A stretch of 64,000 nucleotides of DNA from Acidimicrobium sp. GTDB taxonomy: Bacteria > Actinomycetota > Acidimicrobiia > Acidimicrobiales > Ilumatobacteraceae. This document shows, piece after piece, positions 7,934 to 18,594 of this stretch. A model generated the notes under the pieces. The model was not told the DNA's origin. It ran no database searches and worked only from the letters and a program-made list of their open reading frames with translations. Where the stretch lies: assembly GCA_002737635.1 (NCBI GenBank), contig NSIC01000001.1:16891-80890 (forward strand), given 5' to 3'. Every line of letters begins with the position of its first letter. The first letter of the stretch is position 1. The translations under genes and the position numbers were made by a program.

Positions 7934-10663
7934 CTAACTGACGCGACCGTGACACATCTTGTATTTTTTGCCGGTGCCACATGGACATGGTGAATTACGC
8001 GGAGTTTTCGACCAATCTGGTTGACCGAAAACACTGCTGCTTGTGCTCGCCTTTGCACTCGGTGCTTGATCTACGTTTTCATCCGAGGTTTCTTGAATGT
8101 TGCTCAACTTGCTGGCTGGGGTCGAATTATTGATCACCTGCACATGCATCACGTATTTGACGAAGTCTTGGGCAACGCCCTTCATCAACGCGCCGAACAT
8201 CTCAAAGCCCTCGCGTTGCCACTCGATCAACGGATCTTTCTGGCCAATCGCCCGCAAATTGATGCCTTCTTGCAAATAATCCATTTCTTCTAGGTGTTCA
8301 CGCCAACGTTGATCGATGATCTTGAGCATCACTTGACGCTCGACCTCGCGCATTACTTGCGCGGACATTTCAGCTTCGCGTTTGGCGTAGAACGCGCTCG
8401 CATCGGCCATCACAAGGTCGTAGATCTCATCAGTCGAATCGCACTGGGCAACTTGAGGCGCGCTTATTTCAGACGGCCAGAAAGTGCGCAACTCAAGAAC
8501 CAAACCGTCGATATCCCATTCGTCGTCAGCCTCGGCGACACAATGAGACCCAATCAACGCATCGACCGCCTCGGCCAAATATTCCATCGCCGCTGATTTG
8601 AGGTCGAGTCCTTGCAAAATTTGATCGCGACGTAGATAAATAATCTTGCGCTGTTCGTTCATTACTTCGTCATATTTGAGAACATTTTTGCGAATCTCGC
8701 CGTTGCGCTGCTCGACGGTGCTCTGTGCACGCTCAATCGCCTTGGTCACCATCTTTGCTTCGATCGCCTCGTCGTCAGGCAATGCGCGACCCATCACCCA
8801 CGAAAGTGCACCGGTGGCAAACAGTCGCATCAATTCATCGTCGAGACTTAAATAAAATCGACTTTCGCCAAGGTCACCTTGTCGACCGGCGCGACCACGC
8901 AACTGATTGTCGATGCGGCGACTCTCGTGACGCTCAGTGCCCAAGACATAAAGACCACCAATCTGACGAACTTTGTCACCTTCTACTTTGCAACTATCTA
9001 TGTATTTGGCCAATAATTCGCGATATCGATTTTGCGCTTTTTCGCGGGCTGTCAAAAAATCAGGTGGCATCGAATCAAGCGCCACCGGCAGAGCAAATTC
9101 ATCAAGCAGCGTCATCGGATCAAAACCCTCTTTGAGCACATCATGTCGAGCCAAACCTTCGGGGTTGCCACCCAACAAGATGTCAACACCACGACCCGCC
9201 ATGTTTGTGGCAACCGTGATTGCCCCAAGACGGCCGGCCTGCGTTACAACCATCGCCTCGCGAGTGTGCTGCTTGGCGTTCAAAACTTCGTGGCGAATGC
9301 CGCGTTGTTGCAACTTCTTTGATAACTGCTCGCTCTTTTCAACGCTCACGGTGCCGACCAAAACAGGCTGACCTTTGGCGTGCTTTTCTTCGATGTCGCG
9401 CACGACAGCATCAAACTTTGCCGCTTCAGATTTATAAATCTGGTCGGCCTGATCGGTACGCACCATCTCACGATTCGTCGGAATCGGTACAACTTGCAGA
9501 TTGTAAGTGTTCATTAATTCGGCGGCTTCGGTTTGTGCCGTACCTGTCATACCCGAAAGCTTTTCGTACATTCTGAAATAGTTCTGCAGAGTGATCGTGG
9601 CCAAAGTTTGGTTTTCTTCTTTGATATTGACGCCTTCTTTGGCTTCAACCGCCTGGTGAATGCCTTCGCTCCAGCGACGGCCATCGAGAATGCGGCCCGT
9701 AAATTCATCCACGATCTTTACTTCGCCGTCTTGAATGATGTAGTCCTTGTCGCGCTGATATAAAACGGCTGCTTTGAGCGCGACCTGCAATTGATGCACA
9801 AGATTTTGCTGAACTTCGTCGTAAAGATTTTCAATACCCAACTGTTTTTCAACTTTTTCAATGCCCGACTCTGTCGGCACTACGATGCGCTTGGCTTCTT
9901 CGACGTCATAGTCGACATCTCGAACGAGTGTGCGAACAATCGCCGCAAACTGATAATAAAGTTTCGCGGCATCAGCGACACGCCCGGAGATAATCAGCGG
10001 TGTTCGCGCTTCATCGATCAGAATCGAGTCAACTTCATCGACGATCGCAAAATTGAAACCTCGTTGCACCTTGTCTTCAAGAGTTGAAGCCATGTTGTCG
10101 CGCAAATAATCAAAACCAAACTCGTTGTTCGTACCGAATGTAATGTCGCTCGCATAGTCGATGCGCTTTTCAGCAGAACTCGTGCGCCGACCAGGCACAA
10201 CCAGACCCACCGACAAACCGAGCCACCTGTGAATTTGTCCCATCCACTCGGCGTCACGCTGGGCGAGATAGTCGTTCGTCGTGATTTGATGCACGCCTTT
10301 ACCCGACAACGCGTTCAAATATGCGGGCAATGTTGAAACAAGCGTCTTGCCTTCACCTGTTTTCATTTCGGCAACCCAACCCGCGTGCAATGCTGCACCA
10401 CCCATCAACTGCACGTCATAGTGGCGCTGACCAATGACACGAGTTGCTGCCTCGCGCACGACGGCAAAAGCCTCGATCAGCAGATCATCAAGCATCTCAC
10501 CACGCTCAAAACGCGACTTGAATTCAGTCGTCTTGCCCCGCAACGCAGCATCATTTAGAGCGGCGAATTCGGTCGACAACGCATTGATTTCGGGCAATAT
10601 GGCGGCAAGAGCCTTTACTTTCTTGCCTTCGCCAGCGCGTAAGACTCGGTCGAGGATTGCCAT
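7934..10663 (-). CDS. secA: Preprotein translocase ATPase SecA
   Basis: Motifs: [19 protein letters not shown].. (canonical SecA N-terminus), [20 protein letters not shown], and the C-terminal zinc motif [14 protein letters not shown]. The track start at 10888 adds 75 non-homologous residues. ATG 10663 was chosen; it overlaps the comF-like 3' end by 49 nt. Confidence 0.95.
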   Translation of the reverse strand: MAILDRVLRAGEGKKVKALAAILPEINALSTEFAALNDAALRGKTTEFKSRFERGEMLDDLLIEAFAVVREAATRVIGQRHYDVQLMGGAALHAGWVAEMKTGEGKTLVSTLPAYLNALSGKGVHQITTNDYLAQRDAEWMGQIHRWLGLSVGLVVPGRRTSSAEKRIDYASDITFGTNNEFGFDYLRDNMASTLEDKVQRGFNFAIVDEVDSILIDEARTPLIISGRVADAAKLYYQFAAIVRTLVRDVDYDVEEAKRIVVPTESGIEKVEKQLGIENLYDEVQQNLVHQLQVALKAAVLYQRDKDYIIQDGEVKIVDEFTGRILDGRRWSEGIHQAVEAKEGVNIKEENQTLATITLQNYFRMYEKLSGMTGTAQTEAAELMNTYNLQVVPIPTNREMVRTDQADQIYKSEAAKFDAVVRDIEEKHAKGQPVLVGTVSVEKSEQLSKKLQQRGIRHEVLNAKQHTREAMVVTQAGRLGAITVATNMAGRGVDILLGGNPEGLARHDVLKEGFDPMTLLDEFALPVALDSMPPDFLTAREKAQNRYRELLAKYIDSCKVEGDKVRQIGGLYVLGTERHESRRIDNQLRGRAGRQGDLGESRFYLSLDDELMRLFATGALSWVMGRALPDDEAIEAKMVTKAIERAQSTVEQRNGEIRKNVLKYDEVMNEQRKIIYLRRDQILQGLDLKSAAMEYLAEAVDALIGSHCVAEADDEWDIDGLVLELRTFWPSEISAPQVAQCDSTDEIYDLVMADASAFYAKREAEMSAQVMREVERQVMLKIIDQRWREHLEEMDYLQEGINLRAIGQKDPLIEWQREGFEMFGALMKGVAQDFVKYVMHVQVINNSTPASKLSNIQETSDENVDQAPSAKASTSSSVFGQPDWSKTPRNSPCPCGTGKKYKMCHGRVS

Positions 10664-11334
10664 AAGACAGTTGATGCTACAGCCAGACAAGTAACCAGAC
10701 CAGCCCCCGCTTGGTAAAGCGCTCGGGATGCGCTGTTTAATGTTGCGCCAGTCGTCGCTACATCGTCGATCAACAACAAATGTTTCGAGTCTAAATTTCG
10801 TGCCAAAAACGAAGGGCCAACGAGTCTTTCCTCTCGTGACTTTCCCGTTTGGGGTCGATCTGACGACCGAACTAAAACTTTTTCGCATGGCACTTGCAAT
10901 CGCTTGGCGACATATTTTGCAATCAACTCTGCGTGGTCATAGCCGCGTTCGACGATGCGTCTTTGAGTTGTCGGAGCCCATGTCACGATGTCAATCTTCT
11001 CGAGCGAGCGAGACTGCTCGATTTGCACGCGACGCACAAGTGCATCTCCAAGAAAACGCAGGCTCGATCTTTGATTGCGATATTTGAAAGCCAAAATTGC
11101 TTTTCGAATGATCGAGTCGTACTCAAATGCAACGAGTACGTCGCCGTGATATTCGGTTGGAGAGATTTTTTTAGTATCGCCACCCCAAAGAGATCCACGA
11201 CAAGAATTGCAAATTGTCGTCGCAATGCGACCGCATGCTGGACAAGTAGCACCGAAAATGAAACCGAGCAGATCTGCCACTTTGGCTAGAACAGCATCAA
11301 CAATTTTGAACATCGTGACAAATGTGTGTACCAA
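10615..11334 (-). CDS. ComF-family phosphoribosyltransferase-domain protein
   Basis: N-terminal Cys pairs (CPACGR...CNSC) and a PRPP-binding loop [17 protein letters not shown]. It sits next to secA as in mycobacteria. Confidence 0.75.
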   Translation of the reverse strand: MVHTFVTMFKIVDAVLAKVADLLGFIFGATCPACGRIATTICNSCRGSLWGGDTKKISPTEYHGDVLVAFEYDSIIRKAILAFKYRNQRSSLRFLGDALVRRVQIEQSRSLEKIDIVTWAPTTQRRIVERGYDHAELIAKYVAKRLQVPCEKVLVRSSDRPQTGKSREERLVGPSFLARNLDSKHLLLIDDVATTGATLNSASRALYQAGAGLVTCLAVASTVLWQSSTESYALAKARK

Positions 11335-11362
11335 CTACAGATGTGTTGGCTAGCATAAATCT

Positions 11363-11986
11363 GTGCAGGGGCCAGAGCAACTCGAATTTCGTGACAGAAT
11401 TGGTCGTCGCCTCGTCAGATGTCTAGTTGGTTTGGCGCTTTTCGCCATCGGCATCTCGTTACAAATGAATGCGAATATTGGTGCTCCACCGTGGGATGTA
11501 TTTCATCAAGGTGTGGCTAAACAAACCGAAATCTCAATCGGCAGAATCATCATGATGACCGGTTTTGCGTTGCTCTTGCTATGGATACCACTCAAACAAA
11601 AACCAGGACTCGGCACAGTTCTCAATGCTCTTGAAATCGGATTAGTCGCCGATATTGCACTTGAAATTATTCCTGAGCCGAACAACATATTTATTCGCAT
11701 AATCATGGTTGTGGTCGGCATTGTCACTGTTGCGATCGGTACCGGCCTGTACATCGGCAGTGCACTTGGACCAGGGCCACGCGACGGACTAATGACCGGT
11801 CTCGCCAAGCGGGGCATTCCCATTCGCCTTGGTCGTACCGCAATTGAAGTCGCGGTTTTGATAATCGGCATGATTCTCGGCGGCCAAGTCGGCATTGCAA
11901 CTTTCGCCTTCGCTTTTGGCGTCGGACCTCTAGTGCATTTCTTCTTGCCCCGTTTGGCAGTTAGTAGCGGTAGCGCTCGGCCTTAA
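11363..11986 (+). CDS. Polytopic membrane protein (YczE/COG2364-like)
   Basis: 207 aa with 5-6 hydrophobic helices. The motif [13 protein letters not shown] is typical of YczE-like proteins as I recall them. Function is unknown. Confidence 0.55.
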   Translation: MQGPEQLEFRDRIGRRLVRCLVGLALFAIGISLQMNANIGAPPWDVFHQGVAKQTEISIGRIIMMTGFALLLLWIPLKQKPGLGTVLNALEIGLVADIALEIIPEPNNIFIRIIMVVVGIVTVAIGTGLYIGSALGPGPRDGLMTGLAKRGIPIRLGRTAIEVAVLIIGMILGGQVGIATFAFAFGVGPLVHFFLPRLAVSSGSARP

Positions 11987-13415
11987 ACGGTCCGCTTGGT
12001 GCCACACCCAAATATTCTGACTGCTCGTCTGAGAGTTTCGTCAACTTTGCACCGAGAGCATCGAGATGCAACGACGCAACTTTTTCGTCGAGATGTTTCG
12101 GTAACACATAAACACCTAGTGGGTAATTCTTGGTGTTGTTAAACAATTCGATTTGGGCGATCACCTGATTGGTGAACGAGCAGCTCATGACAAAACTTGG
12201 GTGACCAGTGGCGCAACCTAAATTGACCAAGCGACCTTCTGCTAGCAGAATTACTGAATGGCCGTCACTGAATGTCCAAAGATCGGTGCCAGGTTTGAGT
12301 TCGTCGCGTGTTGCGTTGCTTCGCGAAAGTCCTGCCATATCAATCTCATTGTCAAAGTGGCCGATATTGCAGACAATCGCATTATGTTTCATCTTTGACA
12401 TGTGTTCGGCCGTAACGATAGCTTCATTGCCGGTTGCAGTCACAAAAATGTCGGCAACTTTCAGCACATTTTCAAGCGTGTCAACGATGTAGCCCTCCAT
12501 AGCTGCTTGTAGCGCATTTATCGGGTCGATCTCGGTCACGACAACTCGTGCACCTTGTCCGCGCAAACTCTGTGCACAACCCTTGCCCACATCGCCATAA
12601 CCGCAGACAACCGCCATCTTGCCGGCGATCATCACATCTGTGGCACGATTCAACGCATCGATCAACGAGTGTCGACAACCGTAGAGATTGTCAAACTTGC
12701 TTTTAGTAACACTGTCATTGACATTGATCGCCGGAAACAAAAGTTCTTTGTCTTCGGCCATCTTGTAGAGACGCTTGACGCCAGTTGTCGTCTCTTCAGT
12801 CACACCTTTTATCAGTTTCGACATCTTCGTCCAACGATTCGGACTTGTTTTTAATCCACGTTGCAATAGCCCGAGAACAATCGCCAACTCTGGGTTTGAC
12901 GCCGTCGTCGGATCAGGAACAGCGCCTGTTTTTTCGTATTCAACTCCTTTGTGCAACAACATCGTCGCGTCTCCACCGTCATCCAAAATCATGTTCGGGC
13001 CGTCACCGTCTGGCCAAGTCATCATTTGGTCTGTCGCCCACCAATACTCTTCGAGAGTTTCGCCCTTCCATGCATAAACCGGCACACCTTGTGGATTTTC
13101 TTGTGTACCGTCTGGACCAACCACAACGGCGGCAGCCGCGTGATCCTGAGTCGAGAAAATATTGCAACTCGCCCAACGCACTTCGGCGCCAAGGTGAACA
13201 AGAGTCTCAATCAATACAGCCGTCTGAATCGTCATGTGCAACGAACCAGAGATTCGCGCACCCTTCAGGGGTTTCGATGTACCAAACTCTTTGCGCAACG
13301 CACGCAAACCTGGCATCTCGTGCTCGGCAAGATGAATTTCTTTTCTGCCGAACAGCGCAAGTGATAAATCTGCAACTCGATAATCTTTGCGAGCTGCCAA
13401 TGATGATGATGCCAT
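11961..13415 (-). CDS. ahcY: Adenosylhomocysteinase
   Basis: 484 aa. Motifs: ILDDGGDAT and the NAD fold [40 protein letters not shown]. The C-terminus ...PFKAERYRY is typical of SahH. Confidence 0.95.
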   Translation of the reverse strand: MASSSLAARKDYRVADLSLALFGRKEIHLAEHEMPGLRALRKEFGTSKPLKGARISGSLHMTIQTAVLIETLVHLGAEVRWASCNIFSTQDHAAAAVVVGPDGTQENPQGVPVYAWKGETLEEYWWATDQMMTWPDGDGPNMILDDGGDATMLLHKGVEYEKTGAVPDPTTASNPELAIVLGLLQRGLKTSPNRWTKMSKLIKGVTEETTTGVKRLYKMAEDKELLFPAINVNDSVTKSKFDNLYGCRHSLIDALNRATDVMIAGKMAVVCGYGDVGKGCAQSLRGQGARVVVTEIDPINALQAAMEGYIVDTLENVLKVADIFVTATGNEAIVTAEHMSKMKHNAIVCNIGHFDNEIDMAGLSRSNATRDELKPGTDLWTFSDGHSVILLAEGRLVNLGCATGHPSFVMSCSFTNQVIAQIELFNNTKNYPLGVYVLPKHLDEKVASLHLDALGAKLTKLSDEQSEYLGVAPSGPFKAERYRY

Positions 13416-13443
13416 GATTCTCCTGTTTAATTGAATTTCTGTA

Positions 13444-13689
13444 CTAAAAAGTTGGTTTCAAATTCAGCTGTGCCGCTTTAGCCATGATTCTCTCGTGCTC
13501 GACTTGATTAACAGTCGTCGCCTCGTCGATCAACATCACCGGAATGCCCTGACGTACTTGGTAGCGCATCTGCAGGCGCGGGTTGTACAACATCTCTTCG
13601 GCTTCGAAGTAGATCAGATTGCCTTTGTCCTTGGGGCAAGCCAAGATCTCGAGCAACCGTGGATTAAGTGATGAACTGGCTGATGACAC
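13444..13689 (-). CDS. Trm112-family small protein
   Basis: [14 protein letters not shown] ... [11 protein letters not shown] matches the Trm112/DUF343 pattern. GTG 13689 was chosen because the track start at 13761 overlaps the manB 3' end. The start is uncertain. Confidence 0.6.
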   Translation of the reverse strand: MSSASSSLNPRLLEILACPKDKGNLIYFEAEEMLYNPRLQMRYQVRQGIPVMLIDEATTVNQVEHERIMAKAAQLNLKPTF

Positions 13690-13715
13690 GGCTAATACGA
13701 TAACACTTACCGCAC

Positions 13716-15068
13716 TTAAGCCGTGATCAACATCAGCAACTCGGCTACATGCTCGTCGCATTCTTCGCGCGTTGCTGCTTCAAGATTCAATCGCAAAAGT
13801 GGCTCAGTATTTGATGGTCGAACATTGAACCACCACGAGCCGCAGTCAACTGTCAGACCGTCTAGGTGATCTTGTGGATATTTTGCGAACTGCTTGGTTA
13901 CTCGATCAATCACTTCTTGAATATTGCCAACCTGCATATTGATCTCACCACTATTGGCGTATTTTTCAAATGGTTTGCGCAATTCAGAAAGCGACTTTCC
14001 AGTACGACACATTTCGCCAAGCACAACCATAGTTGCGATCAAGCCGCTGTCGGCTCGATAGTTGTCGGCAAAATAATAATGCCCTGAATGTTCGCCCGCA
14101 AACACCGCGCCAGTTTGCGCCATGATTTGCTTCATATAACTATGGCCATTCTTCGTGCGAATTGGTTTGCCGCCGAGTGCCGTAACCGTCTCTGGCACGA
14201 TTCGTGAGCAGATCAAGTTGTACAAAATCGTCGCGCTTGGGCTCTTGCGCAAAAATACTGAAGCCAACAATGCGGTCGTCGTGCTACCCGAAACACTCTT
14301 GCCGGTCTCATCTACCAAAAACACGCGGTCCGCATCACCATCAAATGCAAGACCTACATCAAACTTGCCTGCGACGACCCGTGCTTGCAGATCACGCTGG
14401 TTAGCAGGCTGAATTGGGTCGGCAGGGTGATTCGGAAACGTGCCGTCGAGTTCGCCATACATGATCTCAATTTCGAATTTTTTTAGTCGATCAAAAACTG
14501 CAGGCGCCACCAAACCACCCATGCCGTTTGCCGTGTCAGCCACGACTCGCAACTTCGAAATACTTTCGACATCGATAAAACCAACTACATGGTCAACGAA
14601 TTCAGCGAGCATGTTCTTTTTTATAACCTCGCCTCGAGTCTTGGCAGGCGACGGTTGGTTGCCGTCCAAAACTTCTTGAGCAATCGCCTTCATCTCACGC
14701 AATCCGTTATCGATGCCGATTGATCGGGCACCAGACAAACAACACTTGATGCCGTTGTACTGAGCTGGGTTGTGTGAAGCCGTGAACATCGCCCCTGGTG
14801 CACTCAACTTGCCCGAAGCAAAATAAAGCATGTCGGTGCTCGCCAGACCGAGGTTGATTACGTCAACTCCCTGCTCGGTCAGCCCATTTTGAAATGCATC
14901 AACAAGATCCGGGCCACTCGGGCGCATGTCATGTGCGACGACAATAGTTTTCGCCTCCGAGAATTTTGCGAACGCCACGCCGAGTGCGTGAGCGAGAGTT
15001 ACGTCTAGTTGATCGGGCACAGTGCCTCGAATGTCGTAAGCCTTGACGACTGCTTCTAGGTTTGGCAC
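13716..15068 (-). CDS. manB: Phosphomannomutase/phosphoglucomutase
   Basis: Active-site loop TASHNPAQYNGIK, metal loop FDGDADRVFLVDE, sugar loop GEHSGHYYF. 450 aa. Confidence 0.9.
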   Translation of the reverse strand: MPNLEAVVKAYDIRGTVPDQLDVTLAHALGVAFAKFSEAKTIVVAHDMRPSGPDLVDAFQNGLTEQGVDVINLGLASTDMLYFASGKLSAPGAMFTASHNPAQYNGIKCCLSGARSIGIDNGLREMKAIAQEVLDGNQPSPAKTRGEVIKKNMLAEFVDHVVGFIDVESISKLRVVADTANGMGGLVAPAVFDRLKKFEIEIMYGELDGTFPNHPADPIQPANQRDLQARVVAGKFDVGLAFDGDADRVFLVDETGKSVSGSTTTALLASVFLRKSPSATILYNLICSRIVPETVTALGGKPIRTKNGHSYMKQIMAQTGAVFAGEHSGHYYFADNYRADSGLIATMVVLGEMCRTGKSLSELRKPFEKYANSGEINMQVGNIQEVIDRVTKQFAKYPQDHLDGLTVDCGSWWFNVRPSNTEPLLRLNLEAATREECDEHVAELLMLITA

Positions 15069-15079
15069 GACCGTAAAGA

Positions 15080-17479
15080 CTAGCGGTTTAACAATTTATG
15101 TTTTCGCGCAACGTGACGACCACGCCAGCGCACAGCCAATGTGCCAATACCGACGAGCGTCATGAAGTAGGCGAAAAAATCTACTGTGCTGAAACCGTAA
15201 TTTAACCGAACGTTCTTCTCCGTCGGAATCACGACCATCATGTTTGGGGCGACGCGAAATGGGCCTTGCGCATTCTCGACTTTCCAATTTGGAAAGTAAC
15301 TCATTCGCACGAGCACCGGCACACCAACTTTATCGACCGTAAAACTAATCGCCTCGTCTTCGAGCACCGTGTTGCTGATTTGCACAGGCGGTAACTCGAC
15401 TGCGTCAACAGTTTCTGAAGGCTTAACAATGTCAACTCTGCGAGACGGGTCAGTCGGTTCGCCTTGACGACGATTCAAGTCGATGACCACTTCGACTTTT
15501 TGCCACTGATCTGGGCCATCGGTAACCGGTATTGCTGTCCAGTCTTCCGGGTGCTGAAACCAACTCGTACCAATTTCGAGCCACCGCTCCTTTGGATCAC
15601 CACTTTTGCTCGACACAATCACAGGTTGCACCACCATTGGAACGACCAAATCGCTGTCTGCAACTTTGTAGATCACCCAAGGTCCGCTTTGGGCAATTTT
15701 TACAAGCGCTGCTTGCATATTGGCTTGATTAATTGCTTCGGCGGTGAAAGCCATAAAGTAGCGAACGCCAAGTTCTTGCAAATATCGAACACCAAGACCG
15801 GCGTTGTTGTCGTCATAACGCAACTCACGCACAGGGTTGCTACTTTGTTTCGACATCGCGGCGGCTGCAATGAAGTGATACGGCGTCGTACCCGCTGCCT
15901 CAAAATTAAGACCTTCCATTGAACCGATACAACCTTTTGTCCAATGCGGCAAAAGCATCAGCGACATCGTCGTACCGTATTTATTCATTTCGCTGTTGTT
16001 CTCCCAGAGCGCCCGACCACAACCCAAATTTGGATCTTGTCCAATGTTCTTCATCGTTTCGACAACAGCCCGATATTCGGCATAGGCACTCTTGCCCTCG
16101 TAGCCAGTGAAGTTCCAACGTGCCCAACCGTCCACGAAGCCATCATTGGTCGCTTTGGTCGAGATAACCCCCCACCTATATATAGTCTGTCCGGCGGCAT
16201 TTGTCGTCAGCTTGCCAAACGGCATTTCTTGAAATCGAAAGCCAATTATTCCGACCACCAAAACCGTGACTGCGGTGATCCACGACAAGTTGAACTTTGG
16301 GTTGCTGCTTATAGCTACGACAGGTTTTAGATCTTCGACAGATTGATGCACCAGCGCTTTACGACCGAGCTGCTGCAAATGATAAAACGCCACCAACCAA
16401 ACGGCAGTTTGATACATGCCAATGATCATCATGAAGTAGCGCAACAAATAAAGAAACGGCAACAACCGCGGATTCCATAACAGGCCGATCACCGGAAGAC
16501 TCTCGCGCCCAAAATAAACGCCAAATACCAACACGATGCAATAAACGCCCATCCAAATGCCGATGCGGTTTCGGGTTTTGACGAAATTGCCAAATGCGAT
16601 TATCGCAAAACCAGTGATCACTACATTCCAAAAAGTAGTCAACGGAAAGTACATACTCCAGAACGAATCGCTCGCACCACTTGGTCGAGGTTCATATTTC
16701 ATATCGGTCATAAATGCATGACCCGTCAAAAACGGTAGAACCCAGAACGACGAAAGCAGCACCGCGGTAATTGAAATCGTCGTCGCCGTAATTGTGCTTC
16801 GGCGTTCACCCCAAACTACCGCCAGCAAGACAACGCCACCAAAAATAAATAAGAGAACGATGCCGTGACTCAGCGCGCTCAAGGCGATGACAACTGCGGT
16901 GAGCATCTTGCCGCGATGCTCTTTGAATGCACGAATCAAAAGACCAAAGCCAAGCACCGCCAACGACAATGAAATTGAGAACGAAAACTCGCCCGCCATT
17001 GTTGAAGCGATGTTGCCACCGTAAATCGTGAAACTCTCGTCGTATAAAAAGACAACAGACGCGAGAGTCAATAATTCAGGAATTGGAAAGAGAAATTTTG
17101 CAAACTTGCCGAACAGCCAAGTACACACCGGCAACGTCAAAATACCCAGAACTGCGATCACCTTCAGCGCGATGCCGTAGGGCAAAATCAGATCCACAAA
17201 CAAAACTGCCAACGCCGGCACGACCATGTAGAACCGATACATCGGAAAACCCGAATACCAGTCGTTACTCCAACCGGTAAGTCGAAAGTGCGGCAACAAA
17301 AAATCTCGTAAATACGCCGGGCCATATACATGGGCGCCCATGTCTCCACCTGTAGGCGTGTTATTGCGCAAAATCAACTCGGGGTGTAGCGTCATCAACA
17401 ACATCAGTGTTGAGCCAGCAACTACTGCTGCTGAAGTAATTTGCTCAGCTGACCAACGCCTAGAAAAAAATTGATTCAC
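15080..17479 (-). CDS. Large polytopic membrane protein, GT-C/YfhO-like candidate (function unknown)
   Basis: 799 aa. About 13 predicted TM helices occupy the first ~400 aa, followed by a ~350-aa soluble domain and a C-terminal TM helix. The N-terminal motif is GGDMGAHVYGPAYLRDFLLP...GWSNDWYSGFPMYRFY. There are no soluble-enzyme motifs. Confidence 0.7.
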   Translation of the reverse strand: MNQFFSRRWSAEQITSAAVVAGSTLMLLMTLHPELILRNNTPTGGDMGAHVYGPAYLRDFLLPHFRLTGWSNDWYSGFPMYRFYMVVPALAVLFVDLILPYGIALKVIAVLGILTLPVCTWLFGKFAKFLFPIPELLTLASVVFLYDESFTIYGGNIASTMAGEFSFSISLSLAVLGFGLLIRAFKEHRGKMLTAVVIALSALSHGIVLLFIFGGVVLLAVVWGERRSTITATTISITAVLLSSFWVLPFLTGHAFMTDMKYEPRPSGASDSFWSMYFPLTTFWNVVITGFAIIAFGNFVKTRNRIGIWMGVYCIVLVFGVYFGRESLPVIGLLWNPRLLPFLYLLRYFMMIIGMYQTAVWLVAFYHLQQLGRKALVHQSVEDLKPVVAISSNPKFNLSWITAVTVLVVGIIGFRFQEMPFGKLTTNAAGQTIYRWGVISTKATNDGFVDGWARWNFTGYEGKSAYAEYRAVVETMKNIGQDPNLGCGRALWENNSEMNKYGTTMSLMLLPHWTKGCIGSMEGLNFEAAGTTPYHFIAAAAMSKQSSNPVRELRYDDNNAGLGVRYLQELGVRYFMAFTAEAINQANMQAALVKIAQSGPWVIYKVADSDLVVPMVVQPVIVSSKSGDPKERWLEIGTSWFQHPEDWTAIPVTDGPDQWQKVEVVIDLNRRQGEPTDPSRRVDIVKPSETVDAVELPPVQISNTVLEDEAISFTVDKVGVPVLVRMSYFPNWKVENAQGPFRVAPNMMVVIPTEKNVRLNYGFSTVDFFAYFMTLVGIGTLAVRWRGRHVARKHKLLNR

Positions 17480-17516
17480 TATAAAGAAACTCTATCTGTG
17501 GGCAACTGATGAGTTT

Positions 17517-18260
17517 CTAGAGCGTTGACACGAGCAATAGTCCTGTTGCGTTGAACGTAATGTGGGCAACTATCGACATGCCGAGTCTGCTGGTTCGATG
17601 AAAGCAATACCCCAAGACGAGGGCGAACGCCAATAGCCCCGGAAACTCGACAATTTGCAAGTGCACGACAGCGAACCAAACTGCAGTTATCACCATTGCA
17701 ACGATGCCACTGAAACGACCGTCCAAACTCGACTGAATCAATCCGCGATAAACCAACTCTTCGACAAGCGGTGCACCAATAACCACAACAACGATCAAAA
17801 CGATCAGCCAACCACCGGTGGCGTTGTCGAACAAATCTCGCGCACGTTTCTCAACAAGCTCGGGCGCAAACTTTTCAGGAAACGCCAAGCGAAATGGCCA
17901 AGTCACCAGCCCAACCAGCAGCAACTGACTAGCGATACCGATCGGCACACCCCAGAGATCGATTTTGCGAAAGATCAAAAAATAATCTTTCCAGAAAACT
18001 CCACTGCCAAATTTTTTCGAAATTAAATTTAAACCAATCATGAATGGCAGCCAAAGAGCGAGTGCCGAAACACCAAGAAACCATTTGGGTTCTTTGCCGA
18101 CAACTAGCTCTGAGTTGCCGGTCGCAACCAAAATTGCCGAACTTATGACTAGGGCGACCCCGTAACTCGCGCTCCAAGTAAATATCGCGACTTTTATCGG
18201 AAACTTTTTTAAACCAGCCGGCTCCTGACCATAAGGCGGAGCCCAAGGCGCTTGGTTCAT
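17517..18260 (-). CDS. CPBP-family intramembrane glutamic endopeptidase
   Basis: Motif 1 EELVYRGLIQ, motif 2 FAVVH, motif 3 HITFN, within a multi-TM protein of 247 aa. Confidence 0.8.
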   Translation of the reverse strand: MNQAPWAPPYGQEPAGLKKFPIKVAIFTWSASYGVALVISSAILVATGNSELVVGKEPKWFLGVSALALWLPFMIGLNLISKKFGSGVFWKDYFLIFRKIDLWGVPIGIASQLLLVGLVTWPFRLAFPEKFAPELVEKRARDLFDNATGGWLIVLIVVVVIGAPLVEELVYRGLIQSSLDGRFSGIVAMVITAVWFAVVHLQIVEFPGLLAFALVLGYCFHRTSRLGMSIVAHITFNATGLLLVSTL

Positions 18261-18487
18261 CCCGCTAGGCGGTTTGGCATCACAACTCTAAATCGGTTGC
18301 GGCGATCTTCAAGCCTCCAACCAGATGGAGCGGTGATTTTTACACCGTGTCGATCACACAGGTCATATGCATGCGGATCTCGCTCAGCAGTCAGGTCGTC
18401 TATCCACACAAGTGCGCGACTGTATTGGTAAGTCAAAGTTATTGAAGCAAGTTCATTGCATGTACAGCGTGAACAACGACGAACCAT
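18257..18487 (-). CDS. DUF3499-family protein
   Basis: CSRCTCNELASITLTYQYSRALVWIDDL...HAYDLCDRH matches the actinobacterial DUF3499 pattern (Rv3258c-like, near manB). ATG 18487 was preferred over the track start at 18532. Confidence 0.72.
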   Translation of the reverse strand: MVRRCSRCTCNELASITLTYQYSRALVWIDDLTAERDPHAYDLCDRHGVKITAPSGWRLEDRRNRFRVVMPNRLAG

Positions 18488-18594
18488 GACATTTACATTA
18501 ATTGATGAGACGACTGCCACAGTGGATTTCAACGCGTGCCATTATCGAACAATCACCTTGTGCACTCTGACTATCGGGTCGTATCATAGAAACC

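Noticed and set aside
10664-10888. 75-aa N-terminal extension of SecA in the longest ORF
   Set aside because: The extension has no SecA homology and lies over the comF-like C-terminal coding region. The canonical SecA N-terminus ([15 protein letters not shown]) begins at 10663.
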